DNA from: a virus
Lineage: Duplodnaviria > Caudoviricetes
Reading direction: 5' to 3' (one strand)
Virus record (IMG/VR): IMGVR_UViG_3300021476_000008
Span: 1-45,932 of that record
Length of the DNA: 45,932 nt
Position numbers and translations under genes: made by a program. Below the pieces are notes generated by a model. It had not been told where the DNA came from. It searched no databases and worked only from the letters and a program-made list of their open reading frames with translations. Positions 28,433-37,935 of this stretch are shown here, piece by piece (the stretch's first letter is position 1; each line of letters begins with the position of its first letter).

Positions 28433-28794
28433 AGCTTCCCCTTCTTTTCCCGCATGTCGCGCAACTCCTTGGGCACCGAGTGCCAGCGCACAATGGAGAT
28501 AATCCGGTGATTGCGGCAGAGCGCGCAGTTGACCTCCTCCCTGCCCTGGCACATCCCGCACACGGCGTAGGGCGCGAATTTGGATAGCATCGCCATCACC
28601 CCGTGGAGGGTGTCGATTATGTCCTTGTAGCTGTCGTGCAGCTCCCAGAAAAGCGGGTCCTTATCCTTGCCAGCCCGGGCCAGGGTGTCATACGCCTCCT
28701 GAAGGTGGTTCAGTAAACCAGCAAACCGGGCGCTAGCGGCGTCGTAGCAGTCTTCGAGCTCTTTGGGAATGGTGTGTTTGGTCTTGTCTCTCAT
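28429..28794 (-). CDS. Hypothetical protein with CxxC...CxxC
   Basis: 121 aa, CGMC and CALC; coupled to the helicase. Confidence 0.7.
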   Translation of the reverse strand: MRDKTKHTIPKELEDCYDAASARFAGLLNHLQEAYDTLARAGKDKDPLFWELHDSYKDIIDTLHGVMAMLSKFAPYAVCGMCQGREEVNCALCRNHRIISIVRWHSVPKELRDMREKKGKL

Positions 28795-28968
28795 GGGTAA
28801 AACGCGCCGCCCCCCGTAGAATCCTGTTAGCGACCGAAGAGGAGGGTGAGGAACCCCTGGTCAAGCCAGTGGACGGCGCAAGGTTTGAAGCAGCGTTGCA
28901 GACAGGATTCATTTATGAGTGACTCCTAATTACAGCACCCCGGCCCGCAACTTACAATTTAAACTTAC

Positions 28969-29091
28969 TTACTTTTTTCTCCTGGTTATCCACAGGAAAC
29001 TCACAATGGAAGCCACCGCCACAATCGCCGCGGCCAGGTGTCCGCGCCCAGTCTGCGCTAAATTTGACAGTTTCTCCCATTGGTCCGGCAT
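28969..29091 (-). CDS. 40-aa single-TM protein
   Basis: TGATG coupling; LAAAIVAVASIVSFLWITRRKK. Confidence 0.5.
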   Translation of the reverse strand: MPDQWEKLSNLAQTGRGHLAAAIVAVASIVSFLWITRRKK

Positions 29092-29285
29092 CAAGCCGTG
29101 CCTTCCCAACCCCCATTGAGATTGAACTCTTTGGAACACAGGCGGCATTCGCGGGCGTGATACCTCTCCATGCAAAAGTCGCAGAACGTTCCGCAAGGGG
29201 TTGCGTAATAAGGGTCACTGCGCATGACCTTGGTGCCGCACTGGTTGCAGCGCTCGAATGATTCTTTGCTCCTTTTCCTGGTCAT
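29091..29285 (-). CDS. Small Cys-rich zinc-binding protein
   Basis: CNQC, CDFC, CRLC; coupled on both sides. Confidence 0.6.
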   Translation of the reverse strand: MTRKRSKESFERCNQCGTKVMRSDPYYATPCGTFCDFCMERYHARECRLCSKEFNLNGGWEGTA

Positions 29286-30574
29286 GGCTCCTTTCCGGCT
29301 TCCTTGAGCTCGGCGATTATTGTTTCCCAGTCGCTCGCGACCGCGCGCAGCGCCTCGACCGATAGCTTGTCGAGCGACTCGGCTTTGGCGATGCCCTTCT
29401 CCGCCAGGTAACCACAGAGCACCGGCTCCGGCAACCTGTGCGCCTTGCAGAGCAGTTTCACTCCGGCGACAATGGCTTCGTCGGTTGCGGGACCTAAGTC
29501 GCCGTCGTCTTCACGCGGCGGCTCCACGATTCCCAACGCTGACTTGAGCACCGGGATGCGTTCGCGCAGCGCTTCGCTCCTCATGTTTTCAATCGCCGTC
29601 CAGGACCGGGTGTTGAACACCTTCTGGAACAGGTCGGCTTTGCGTTTCTTGTCCTCGGCCCCCAGGCCGGGAATGACCGAGATGATGAGTCCCTGAATTT
29701 CCTCCGCCAGGATGGTGCGTATCCGTTTCTCCCGCTGCCAGTCGCCATCACCCTCCTCGTCGGCACCGGTCTGAGTTTTGATTCGCGTGTCCACGAGCGA
29801 ATGAGCCCCTGGCTTTAACATGAGGATATGGGGCTTGAAGAACTCAAAGGTTGGATTGTCACACTCGGCCCCGTCCATCACGTTGAAACGGTCGCCCAAG
29901 ACCCGCGCCCGATGAACCAAGCGGAACTTGTCCGACTGCTGTTTGTCTTCAGCCTGGACCCTCTCCATCTCGATAAGCAGTGAGGGTTCGAATCCAAACT
30001 CCGATTCAACCCGCATCTTGACTCCAGTTTTGATGAGTTCGTTACGGCCGGTCTCGTCGTTGCGTTCCATGTCCCACTCGAATCCCGCCCTGCCGCAAAT
30101 AATGATGTGCAGCGGAGAGTTGAGGAAGAAGTCTGTCCACTCCGACCAGAGAGCTTTAACCGCCGCCCAGTGCATGAATTCTAGCTTGAGCAGCTTTGAC
30201 CGGTTGGAAGCCATTCTCTTGTCGTTGATTTGCTTAAGGTAGGCATCGCACAGCTCGCGCCAGGGGTGGGTGATGGAATCGACTATGCCGACACTCACCT
30301 TCTCTTTTACGCAGTCCCGGCCAAATTCCATCAGGTCGTTAAACGAGCGAGACTTAACGCCGAGGAGTGGTTTGCCTGTTGCCTTTTCCACCATTGCCGC
30401 GATATACTCCGAGCCGGTCTCGGTGTCGAACATGGCGATAGGCCCATCCAGTTTGAACAACTCCCGCAGGCCGATAGCTAATTGTGTGGCTGTAAAAGAC
30501 TTCCCACTCTTCTGGAATCCCAATAATCCAGCCTTAAGATAGCCTGTTCCTTTCCCTAATTGTGTTAATGGCAT
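29282..30574 (-). CDS. Sak4-like (AAA_24) recombination ATPase
   Basis: GFQKSGKS, FDTETGS, IVDSITHPW, FGFEPSL. Confidence 0.8.
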   Translation of the reverse strand: MPLTQLGKGTGYLKAGLLGFQKSGKSFTATQLAIGLRELFKLDGPIAMFDTETGSEYIAAMVEKATGKPLLGVKSRSFNDLMEFGRDCVKEKVSVGIVDSITHPWRELCDAYLKQINDKRMASNRSKLLKLEFMHWAAVKALWSEWTDFFLNSPLHIIICGRAGFEWDMERNDETGRNELIKTGVKMRVESEFGFEPSLLIEMERVQAEDKQQSDKFRLVHRARVLGDRFNVMDGAECDNPTFEFFKPHILMLKPGAHSLVDTRIKTQTGADEEGDGDWQREKRIRTILAEEIQGLIISVIPGLGAEDKKRKADLFQKVFNTRSWTAIENMRSEALRERIPVLKSALGIVEPPREDDGDLGPATDEAIVAGVKLLCKAHRLPEPVLCGYLAEKGIAKAESLDKLSVEALRAVASDWETIIAELKEAGKEP

Positions 30575-30576
30575 TA

Positions 30577-31047
30577 CTATCCTTTTTCTTCGGGGAAGTT
30601 CGGCGCTGCAAATCTTCCCCATTGGTTTATTGCTGCTTGGTCGTAGGCTAGCGCTGCCTCCTCCGGTGTGTTGAAAGTTCCAATATACTTCCATTTGCAA
30701 CCCACCCGGATTTTGGCTGCAAAACGTTTGTGATTTTTGGCTACACCGCGGTAGCCTGTCACTGGAACTTTCTTAAAAGCATTTGCCGCTTGTTGTCCCT
30801 TAGTGGCCACTAACAGGTTTCGGCGGCGATTGTTCAGTCCGTCATGATCATCATGGTGAACCTCAAATGGCTTTGGTGGGAATCCCATGATTTGCCGGTG
30901 CATGTAAACCTTTTTGCCGTTCTCCCGGCGAACCGCATACCATGTTCGGCCAATTTTTTCAGCGCTCCATCTGTAACGATGTAACACGCCGAAGTCACTG
31001 TCGTTGACTGAGGCAAATTTTCCATTTGTTAGGGGAATCCTAAGCAT
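30577..31047 (-). CDS. HNH-AP2 homing endonuclease
   Basis: YMHRQI, VHHDDHDGLNNRRRNL, YRGV...IGTFNTPEEAALAYD. Confidence 0.9.
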   Translation of the reverse strand: MLRIPLTNGKFASVNDSDFGVLHRYRWSAEKIGRTWYAVRRENGKKVYMHRQIMGFPPKPFEVHHDDHDGLNNRRRNLLVATKGQQAANAFKKVPVTGYRGVAKNHKRFAAKIRVGCKWKYIGTFNTPEEAALAYDQAAINQWGRFAAPNFPEEKG

Positions 31048-31134
31048 AAAGAAAATCGGGCTCGGGGCACCAGGTCGCGGTGATTTTCCAGCTGAGGTAT
31101 TATTTAGGTTTTGGGCCACAAGTTGGACAGGCAC

Positions 31135-31536
31135 TCATGGAGCCTCAGCGGTTTCGTTTGTAATGGCGTTTGCGTCAATGAAATGAAGCCCAAGAAGGTT
31201 TGTTGTGCCAGCTTCCTTGTCAGTTTCGATTCTCTCCTGATACTGGATTAGAACATGCTGGCCCTTGGTTAGCTTCTTGTAAAGAGCCTCGCCTCGGTTG
31301 CCGTCGATGACCCAACGGCCATGTTGGCACGCGAATACAACCGCATACCGGGCTGGAATGTCAACGTCTGTGAAGACAGGACCACCGTCTTTTCCAAAGG
31401 AAAAGCCTCTTCCTATACCATGTCCTGCTGGCACGAAACAAATGTCATAGACTGTGCCCTTTTCTGACTTGTTTACATAGCTGATTTTAGGGCAACCGCA
31501 TAGCAACAGAGGGAACAATAACAGTAATTTTTTCAT
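31135..31536 (-). CDS. Lipoprotein, 133 aa
   Basis: MKKLLLLFPLLLCGC lipobox; visibly more AT-rich than the rest of the genome. Confidence 0.75.
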   Translation of the reverse strand: MKKLLLLFPLLLCGCPKISYVNKSEKGTVYDICFVPAGHGIGRGFSFGKDGGPVFTDVDIPARYAVVFACQHGRWVIDGNRGEALYKKLTKGQHVLIQYQERIETDKEAGTTNLLGLHFIDANAITNETAEAP

Positions 31537-31552
31537 AGTGGATTATACGTTC

Positions 31553-31777
31553 TTAGTCAGTCATCGCGCACCAGGTTGGCGAACTCACTGGCATTGAGGT
31601 TATGCGCGCGATTTGGAACGGCCTCATGTCCCTGGCCGCTTTAAGTTTCTCGCCCGGGGGGTTGATGACCACGTCACGATACTTCTTCTGGGCCTCCAGG
31701 AAAATGTCCCGGTGCTCAGCGCGGTTCTTAGTCACTATCCCTATCAGCACTTGCTTCTTAATTCTTACGTCTCTCAT
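31553..31777 (-). pseudogene. Probable deleted/frameshifted phage gene
   Basis: Good RBS and helical N-terminus; a family-like tail EFANLVRDD lies in another frame at 31557-31586. Confidence 0.45.
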
Positions 31778-32106
31778 TGTTTACCTGTCCTTTCTTTTGA
31801 ATTCGGGGCACCAGGTCGCGGTGATTTTCCAGCTGCTCTGGCTGTTGGTTGACACGCCCAGTGCCCCGAAAATGTTTAATCCTTTTCCCCTAGCTCCCTG
31901 GTCGCGTTTTCAATCAGTTGACGCGGCGCCAGTGGCCCTGAGGAACCGTGCCCAAGTCTCAGGGGTGTTGTCCAGGCCGACGTTTACTCTGATATTCCTT
32001 TTTCTCATGGGTAAAGAAGTCGGGCTCCGGCCTTTCGCGGTGGACAGTAGGGTCACCGTCGAGTTCGAAACGTCGCGCGCCCCGATGACCGGAGCCCGAG
32101 ATTATT

Positions 32107-32694
32107 TTATTGGCTTAGCAGCCGGTAGAACTGCTGTGGCACCCTGCCGGTTTTCAGGCCCGGCAAGCGCACGATATTGGTTTGGCCGTAGGCGGCATAG
32201 CTGCAGGCTATTGGTCCGTCACTGCCGGCCACCTGCACCATTTTCCCATTCGGACTGAGCCACGCATTGATGCGCAGCCAGTCGTGGAACCCGTCCAGGG
32301 TATCGCCCCGCTGCACCATTCCCGTGGCGAAGTTGGTAAAGATGCAGTTGGCACCGCCATTGGTGTCCGGCCAGGAGAATGCAGCGCAATCCGCACTCGC
32401 CAGCTGGTGCGCCACTATTCTCATGCGCGGCACTTCATTGGTCTCATCCGGCGGAGCGTTGGCTCCCCCGATTGGCGGGAAGTTTTCCGGCGGAGGAGAT
32501 GTCATTTCGATGGGCTGGTGACGCGCATTTTGCCAGCAGTCATAGGCCACACAGATCATCAGGGCGTCGAACATCAGCAAGCAGCTGCACTCGAACGTGA
32601 TGATGAGCTGCGGGTCGTTGGTGCCCTGTTGCGAATGCGCCGGCGCGATAACTAAACCGGCGGCCAGGAACCCGGTGACGGCCTTGCGTTTCAT
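32107..32694 (-). CDS. Secreted/membrane protein ending QQFYRLLSQ
   Basis: Signal peptide, a hydrophobic Cys-rich helix, and a C-terminal beta domain. Confidence 0.65.
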   Translation of the reverse strand: MKRKAVTGFLAAGLVIAPAHSQQGTNDPQLIITFECSCLLMFDALMICVAYDCWQNARHQPIEMTSPPPENFPPIGGANAPPDETNEVPRMRIVAHQLASADCAAFSWPDTNGGANCIFTNFATGMVQRGDTLDGFHDWLRINAWLSPNGKMVQVAGSDGPIACSYAAYGQTNIVRLPGLKTGRVPQQFYRLLSQ

Positions 32695-32906
32695 AATGCC
32701 CCCGTGATGTGGGCGCAATGCTCCATTATGTTGCTGAGCTCTTTTCTGGTGGGCTCACTGAGGGCAATGCCGTCTAACGCCATGTCCAGGGCCTTCGTCA
32801 TGAAGGCTATGGAGCCAACGAGCGTGCGGCACCTCTCCTTCCACTCTTTCATGTCCGCGTTGGCCCTCTCCAGGTCCTCAACGCTTACCAATAATTTTCT
32901 GCTCAT
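32691..32906 (-). CDS. Hypothetical coiled-coil protein, 71 aa
   Basis: GAAAGGACAGTA RBS. Confidence 0.65.
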   Translation of the reverse strand: MSRKLLVSVEDLERANADMKEWKERCRTLVGSIAFMTKALDMALDGIALSEPTRKELSNIMEHCAHITGAL

Positions 32907-32907
32907 A

Positions 32908-33309
32908 TTACTGTCCTTTCTGGAATCCCGGGGCTTTTCGTTCATCCCGGGATAGTTTTTTAAGGCCGGATTTTACCAGGGATTTGCGCCCGGCCTCGGC
33001 ACGCTCTTCCCGAAGCCGCTCTTCGTCGGCGGCTTGATGCTCCTCCCGCCAGTCAGCCAGGTCTCTTGATTTCCTGGAGTGTGGGTTGTAAACAATTGTC
33101 CGTTTCTGCGCTTCGGTCATGTCTTCGATGAGTGCGGACAGTAACGGGACCGGGTCGGGACCCTTGCCGTATATGTCCTCGGCCTGGCCGATAACCCCGC
33201 GAGGGGGTTTTCGGCCGGTCATGGTCATGGCATACGCCAGAAGCCTGGCCGCCCGCTGCATCTCTTGCTCGAACTCGCTGGGCTCAAGGCGGCTTGAATG
33301 GCGCGGCAT
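32908..33309 (-). CDS. Hypothetical phage protein, 133 aa
   Basis: TAATG coupling; SRDLADWREEHQAAD...LKKLSRDERKA. Confidence 0.65.
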   Translation of the reverse strand: MPRHSSRLEPSEFEQEMQRAARLLAYAMTMTGRKPPRGVIGQAEDIYGKGPDPVPLLSALIEDMTEAQKRTIVYNPHSRKSRDLADWREEHQAADEERLREERAEAGRKSLVKSGLKKLSRDERKAPGFQKGQ

Positions 33310-34256
33310 TAGGACCTCGCTTTCATCCTGCGGTCGGTGGTGACAAGCCTGGTGATGGGGGTTCCGGCCCGCCAATGGTTCCAGGCGTTCACGCACACCG
33401 CGTAGGTTTCTTCCGTTTTAATGGCGATGGACACACTGCTACCCATGGAATGGCCATGCTCTTCCAGGTAGCGCCGCAACTGCCAGCGCGGGTCCTGTTT
33501 GTCGTTAAGTCCGAGCGCCGTCAGCACCGGGCTCCAGAATTCGTCGGACTTTTGAACGTTTCGCTCGAACGTGGCGAACATCGCGCCCACCACTCCGGCG
33601 CGTCTGATGACCACACTGTCACTGTATCTCATGGTGAAGAACCGGCCCACAATATTAAAAAGCCGGCTGTAGTTCTTCTCAATCAGCCCGACCAACTCTG
33701 GTGGGCAAAGTCGGGCGCGTTTGTTGCCCTCCGGTTCCCAGAATATCCGGAAACCGGCGACTATCCTGCCGATGTATGAAGCGGGTATTTCCTTTGAAGC
33801 TTCAGTGTCCATCAGCATGACCTTGGACACGTGGCCCGCGGAGCGTGGGGTGTTGCGGTCGAACGCTGAATACAGCGCCCGCATCTGCTCCCGGCCGTTG
33901 ACGATGTAAACCATCATCCGGATCATTGGGTCCAGCGGCTCATTCTTCTCCGGCACGCTGACCCGCATCCAGCAGGTGTGTTGGCCGTTGATTCTGAATT
34001 CCCTGTCGCCGCATTTGACGGAGGCAAGGATGACGTTTTGCCAAAGGAATCTGCCCGCCACCCACTCATCATAGAGGAACTGCACGTGGCTCTCCCGGAT
34101 TGGGCGTTCGCCTTCGAACACACCCAGTTCCAGGAATTTGTAGGCATCGCCTTTGGTGAATTTCAACTCCGTATCCGCCTGGATTTTGTATCTCAGCGGA
34201 TCGGCGAAGCTGGAGTCTCGGCGCTTAACCGGGACCCTCAGTTTGTCTTCTGTCAT
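33309..34256 (-). CDS. ParB/Srx-like (DGQHR-type) protein
   Basis: ERPIRESHV, FRINGQHT, FDRNTPRS; 315 aa. Confidence 0.7.
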   Translation of the reverse strand: MTEDKLRVPVKRRDSSFADPLRYKIQADTELKFTKGDAYKFLELGVFEGERPIRESHVQFLYDEWVAGRFLWQNVILASVKCGDREFRINGQHTCWMRVSVPEKNEPLDPMIRMMVYIVNGREQMRALYSAFDRNTPRSAGHVSKVMLMDTEASKEIPASYIGRIVAGFRIFWEPEGNKRARLCPPELVGLIEKNYSRLFNIVGRFFTMRYSDSVVIRRAGVVGAMFATFERNVQKSDEFWSPVLTALGLNDKQDPRWQLRRYLEEHGHSMGSSVSIAIKTEETYAVCVNAWNHWRAGTPITRLVTTDRRMKARS

Positions 34257-34300
34257 ACTGTCCTTTCTTTGTTAATCCAGCCCGTCATTGGACTGGAAAT

Positions 34301-35389
34301 TCATTCCGTGCTGAACCCCGCCTCCCGGTCGTAAGGGTTCGCCTTGTCGTTTATCTCCTTTGGTGGCGCGCCAACCTGCTTGCCGGGTTTATGCCTGCCC
34401 TGTTTCTGGTCCGGCTCCTGGTCCATCCCTTGAACCGGGAAAGCCGTCCACAAGTCCCCGATTTCGACGCCCTCCCCCACGCACTGGTCGATGATGGATT
34501 TGCACCACGGGTCCGAATTCAGCTCGCCCACCAGCTTCTCAATCCCGTCTGGATGAATCCCGCTGTCATTCGCCTCCTTGCACAGCGCCTGCACCGCCCG
34601 CCGGGCGCGCACCCAGGGCGGCTGGTCGCGGTTATGTTTGGATGGCGCGCCCGTGCCGCCGTAACCGGAATAGAATCCAGCCGTAGCCAGGCCGTCACTC
34701 TTGTTGTGGGAGAAGTCGCCCCGCTCCCACTTGACTTCAATCAGGTTCTGCTCCCACTGCTTGGGATACCCCACCTCTATGACATCGCACATCTGGTGGC
34801 GCGCAATTCGGTCGTGCATGTCGGAGGGCAGGAGCCTGGCCATGTCCTTGCCGATATCCCAGAAGTCCGACATATCCGGATCAAAGCAGTAGCCACCCAG
34901 GTAGAACCGGCAATGCATGTCATGCCGGGGCGAGGCCATCATCCCGACCGTGATGTGCAACCCGTCCTGATCCCGCTCGTTGGCTTCGTCGGTGCCGGAC
35001 TGGAAGGCCCCGCCCGAGCAATGGTGGTGAACCGTGCCGAAATACACCCAGCCGTCAGTCTCCTTGAATTGCTCGCGCTGCTTCTTGGCGTCGTCGTTGT
35101 TCACCTCCCGCGCGCTCATGCCGCTGCGCGCCTCCTGCGGATAAGCCCAGGAAGTCCACGTGTTTTCCTTCATGTTCACATACAGCCGCACCTGGCTTTC
35201 GCTGTGCGACGTTTTACTGGTCCACCGGAAGAAGGAGAGGATGGCGTGCCACTCAACCTCCGGGATGCGCGGGCCGGTGAAGACACAGCTGCCGCGCGTT
35301 TCCTTAATCACATGGTTGAACTCGGCCTTGAGCAGGCCGGGAAAATCGCGGGTGATTTTAACCGCTTCTTTGGTCTTGGTAAGTTTCAT
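34301..35389 (-). CDS. Prokaryotic JAB/MPN+ metallo-isopeptidase
   Basis: SESQVRLY, YPQ, FGTVHHHCSGGAFQSGTDEANE (HxH-x7-S-x2-D), GLHITVG. Confidence 0.9.
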   Translation of the reverse strand: MKLTKTKEAVKITRDFPGLLKAEFNHVIKETRGSCVFTGPRIPEVEWHAILSFFRWTSKTSHSESQVRLYVNMKENTWTSWAYPQEARSGMSAREVNNDDAKKQREQFKETDGWVYFGTVHHHCSGGAFQSGTDEANERDQDGLHITVGMMASPRHDMHCRFYLGGYCFDPDMSDFWDIGKDMARLLPSDMHDRIARHQMCDVIEVGYPKQWEQNLIEVKWERGDFSHNKSDGLATAGFYSGYGGTGAPSKHNRDQPPWVRARRAVQALCKEANDSGIHPDGIEKLVGELNSDPWCKSIIDQCVGEGVEIGDLWTAFPVQGMDQEPDQKQGRHKPGKQVGAPPKEINDKANPYDREAGFSTE

Positions 35390-35406
35390 CTACCGTCCTT
35401 TCCAGG

Positions 35407-36159
35407 TTAGAATAACCATTTCCCATAAACATTAGGATGATTTCTAAGCAACCAATCTTTAAGGAGTGGTTCCAGGTTATCAAACTGCACCGAATTGTCG
35501 CACGTTTCATCGTCGTCTTCGTGGTTGTCATAGTCGGTTTCGCCGTGACTGTGCAATGCGGGCGGCTCCGCTTTCACCACCCTCTTCGCCTCGCGTGTCA
35601 CCTCGGAGAAGAATGATGAGAAATTGGAAGCCCCATCCATCAACCCGTTCATTGTCTCCACTGACACCTCGTAATACCCAACTCCCGAGCGGGTGTACGA
35701 GTAATCACACCTGCCGCTCACACACTCGGTGTATTGCGCCTCGTATTTTAGCGCGCCCGGAGAAGCGCCGCACTGAACCTGCTTCATGCTCGTGGGGTGA
35801 ATCCACTCCATAATGGACTCGTAGTCCGTCTTGTCGTCAGGCAGGGGAATTTTGATGGCGGAGTGCACCTGACTTCTTACGGTTGGATTGGTAGGCGACT
35901 GTCGCAGTAGCGCGACCAGGTGGTCACCCAGCAACGTCACGGCATCCATTTTTACGCCCTCCAGTATTTCCACCTCAAGCCCGCCACCCGCCGCCGCGAC
36001 TTCGCGAACCGTGAAGATGCCGGCGTTCAGCCTTTCCTTAACAATTGGGGTCCATTGCGGACCCCAATAACCCGCATGCTCAACGGAGTAAGCCAGGCAC
36101 AGCCTGTCAGGCCCCTCCTCTAATGCTTTAACCACACTCTCTCGTTTTGGTGGAATCAT
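35407..36159 (-). CDS. Hypothetical acidic protein inside the Ubl cassette
   Basis: 250 aa between E1 and JAB, ATGA-coupled to E1. Confidence 0.7.
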   Translation of the reverse strand: MIPPKRESVVKALEEGPDRLCLAYSVEHAGYWGPQWTPIVKERLNAGIFTVREVAAAGGGLEVEILEGVKMDAVTLLGDHLVALLRQSPTNPTVRSQVHSAIKIPLPDDKTDYESIMEWIHPTSMKQVQCGASPGALKYEAQYTECVSGRCDYSYTRSGVGYYEVSVETMNGLMDGASNFSSFFSEVTREAKRVVKAEPPALHSHGETDYDNHEDDDETCDNSVQFDNLEPLLKDWLLRNHPNVYGKWLF

Positions 36160-36851
36160 ACTGCTGTCCTTTCTCTATCTATTTGTTCCTGGGCGTGGTC
36201 CACGTTTTCCAGGCGGCCCAGGTTCGCCCGGAAATGGTGGGGCAGGCCATGGGCGACCGATTGCTCCCACCCTTTTGCCTCCATGCCCCAGAGCACATAC
36301 AGGTGCTGGGCAAGCGCGGCGGCCATGAAGTTGGCCGACACCAGTTGGCGGTTTGATTGTTGTATTACCCCGGTGCAGCCGATTGAGGCCGCGCGCGGGT
36401 CGTTGCCGTCGTCCCTGTCATAGGCTTCCCGGTAGAACATTCGCGGGTCTTTGGCGGTGCCCATGAACCGGTAATAATAGAAATAGGCCTCGGCCGAGGT
36501 GATTTCGTTGGCCGCAATCACCGCCATGACCCCGGCCCGGTCGCATTCGAACAGCACCGCCCGGCGCGCGGCCACGTTGTCGGCGCAACAGAACAACCAG
36601 TCGTCACCGTCCAGTTTGAACTTGAGCTCGCTGAACCAACCGTGGTGGAAGCCGCACCGGTATTTCTTGGCCAGCGCCCTGGCCTTTGATTTCCCCACAT
36701 CCTTCAGGGTGTAGAGCTGCCGGTCCAGATTTTCAGGCTCCAGGGTGTCGCCGTCAATTACGGTGACCCCCGAGGGACCGCGGAGCATGCACAGCGAGGG
36801 GGTAAGCCACGAGCCCACCCCTCCCGCTCCGATTATATAGAGAGAGCTCAT
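36156..36851 (-). CDS. ThiF/E1-like adenylating enzyme
   Basis: IIGAGGVGSW, IDGDTLEPENLDRQ, GKSKA, CCADNVAARR, candidate catalytic Cys in SIGCTG, QLVSANFMAA. Confidence 0.92.
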   Translation of the reverse strand: MSSLYIIGAGGVGSWLTPSLCMLRGPSGVTVIDGDTLEPENLDRQLYTLKDVGKSKARALAKKYRCGFHHGWFSELKFKLDGDDWLFCCADNVAARRAVLFECDRAGVMAVIAANEITSAEAYFYYYRFMGTAKDPRMFYREAYDRDDGNDPRAASIGCTGVIQQSNRQLVSANFMAAALAQHLYVLWGMEAKGWEQSVAHGLPHHFRANLGRLENVDHAQEQIDRERTAV

Positions 36852-37153
36852 ACCCAGAATACTTTACTAAGGGTGGTGTTGGCCTTGGGGGGTGTGTTAA
36901 TCCTCCCCCAGCCGTCCTGCGCGCGCGCCATTATGTCACGTAACTGGCAGAGGTCGGTTTCGCTTAGAAGGCTGCTGAATTCGGAAGGCCAGCCGGAGAT
37001 GAGGAATAGCAGATGGGAACCCGACAAACCATCGCTTGTTTCTTGAATCTTTCCCGGCATATGGCCTGCCAGGCATGCCCTTGCGAGCCCCCAAAGCTGG
37101 GTGCTCCTCGGAATTGAGCCCCGATCCAATTCTTTGTATAATTGTTCACTCAT
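36848..37153 (-). CDS. Hypothetical protein, 101 aa, between E2 and E1
   Basis: Overlaps both neighbours (8 and 4 nt). Confidence 0.6.
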   Translation of the reverse strand: MSEQLYKELDRGSIPRSTQLWGLARACLAGHMPGKIQETSDGLSGSHLLFLISGWPSEFSSLLSETDLCQLRDIMARAQDGWGRINTPPKANTTLSKVFWV

Positions 37154-37865
37154 GTATTATGGCAAAGTTGTGGGCGTGGACGGAGACCTTGACTGACAGG
37201 TTGGTCCAGGACGCGGCGGGGGCCAGCTGCCGGTGGCCATCCTCCTTGGAGGTCCAGCGGAACATCATCCAGCTTTTCTCGCGGTCCTTCCACAGGTCGG
37301 CGTTCCAGGCCGAGGAACTGAGCCGGTTAATGGACTTCACCGCCAAATCGAACATGGTGGCGGCGGACTCGCCGGCGCCGCCAACCCCCGTGCACACCTT
37401 GCAATCGTCGTGCAGGTTGGGCAGCGGCAACCGGTAGGTCGAGCCGCGATTGTCGTAGGCGAATAGATAGACGCTGTAGGTTCGCCAGGTCCCGCCCTCG
37501 TTCCAGCATTGGATTAACACCCGCAGGGGGAATTCCGGCTCCCACTCCAGCGAAAGCAGGCTGGCGTTGTCCTGATTGGAGAAATCAGGCACGAGGATTC
37601 GCGATTCGCCCTCATCAATCAAACGGTAGTGGGCTTTGATGGTGAGCCGCGGGATTTTGATGGTGAGGTAGGAATAATTGGCGCCGTCCACCGCCAGGTT
37701 GGCCACTCCCCAGTTGGGGATGGCAAATATCCCGGGTAATTTTCTAGGCACCAGGTTGGCCATGGCGTTGAGCGCCGATGACGAAATCTCCACCGGCTGT
37801 TCGGTGACATCCCGCCTTAGTATTTGACCTTCCTGCAGGATGACGTATTCTCTTTTTGAAGGCAT
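37146..37865 (-). CDS. Prokaryotic E2-like conjugating enzyme (Prok-E2_D / PRTRC protein B-like)
   Basis: YLFA...YRLPLPNLHDDCKVCTG...SSAWNADL. Confidence 0.8.
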   Translation of the reverse strand: MPSKREYVILQEGQILRRDVTEQPVEISSSALNAMANLVPRKLPGIFAIPNWGVANLAVDGANYSYLTIKIPRLTIKAHYRLIDEGESRILVPDFSNQDNASLLSLEWEPEFPLRVLIQCWNEGGTWRTYSVYLFAYDNRGSTYRLPLPNLHDDCKVCTGVGGAGESAATMFDLAVKSINRLSSSAWNADLWKDREKSWMMFRWTSKEDGHRQLAPAASWTNLSVKVSVHAHNFAIIHE

Positions 37866-37888
37866 AACTACTGTCCTTTCATGGGTTC

Positions 37889-37933
37889 CCCGCCCCGGGG
37901 ATTGGTCTCTCCGGGGCGGGTTTTGTTTTGTTT
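37889..37933. terminator. Stem-loop between Ubl and E2
   Basis: CCCGCCCCGG...CCGGGGCGGG; the T-tract follows it on the + strand only. Confidence 0.55.
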
Positions 37934-37935
37934 AG

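Larger units (their letters stand above)
31062..31835. repeat. 33-bp direct repeat (31062-31094 and 31803-31835)
   Basis: TCGGGGCACCAGGTCGCGGTGATTTTCCAGCTG occurs twice. Confidence 0.9.

Noticed and set aside
31553-33309. Directed T-to-C hypermutation (MPRH, WREEH, KAPG, INPPG look like C/W/L to R/P changes)
   Set aside because: Rests on remembered consensus and four sites only; needs alignment to homologues.
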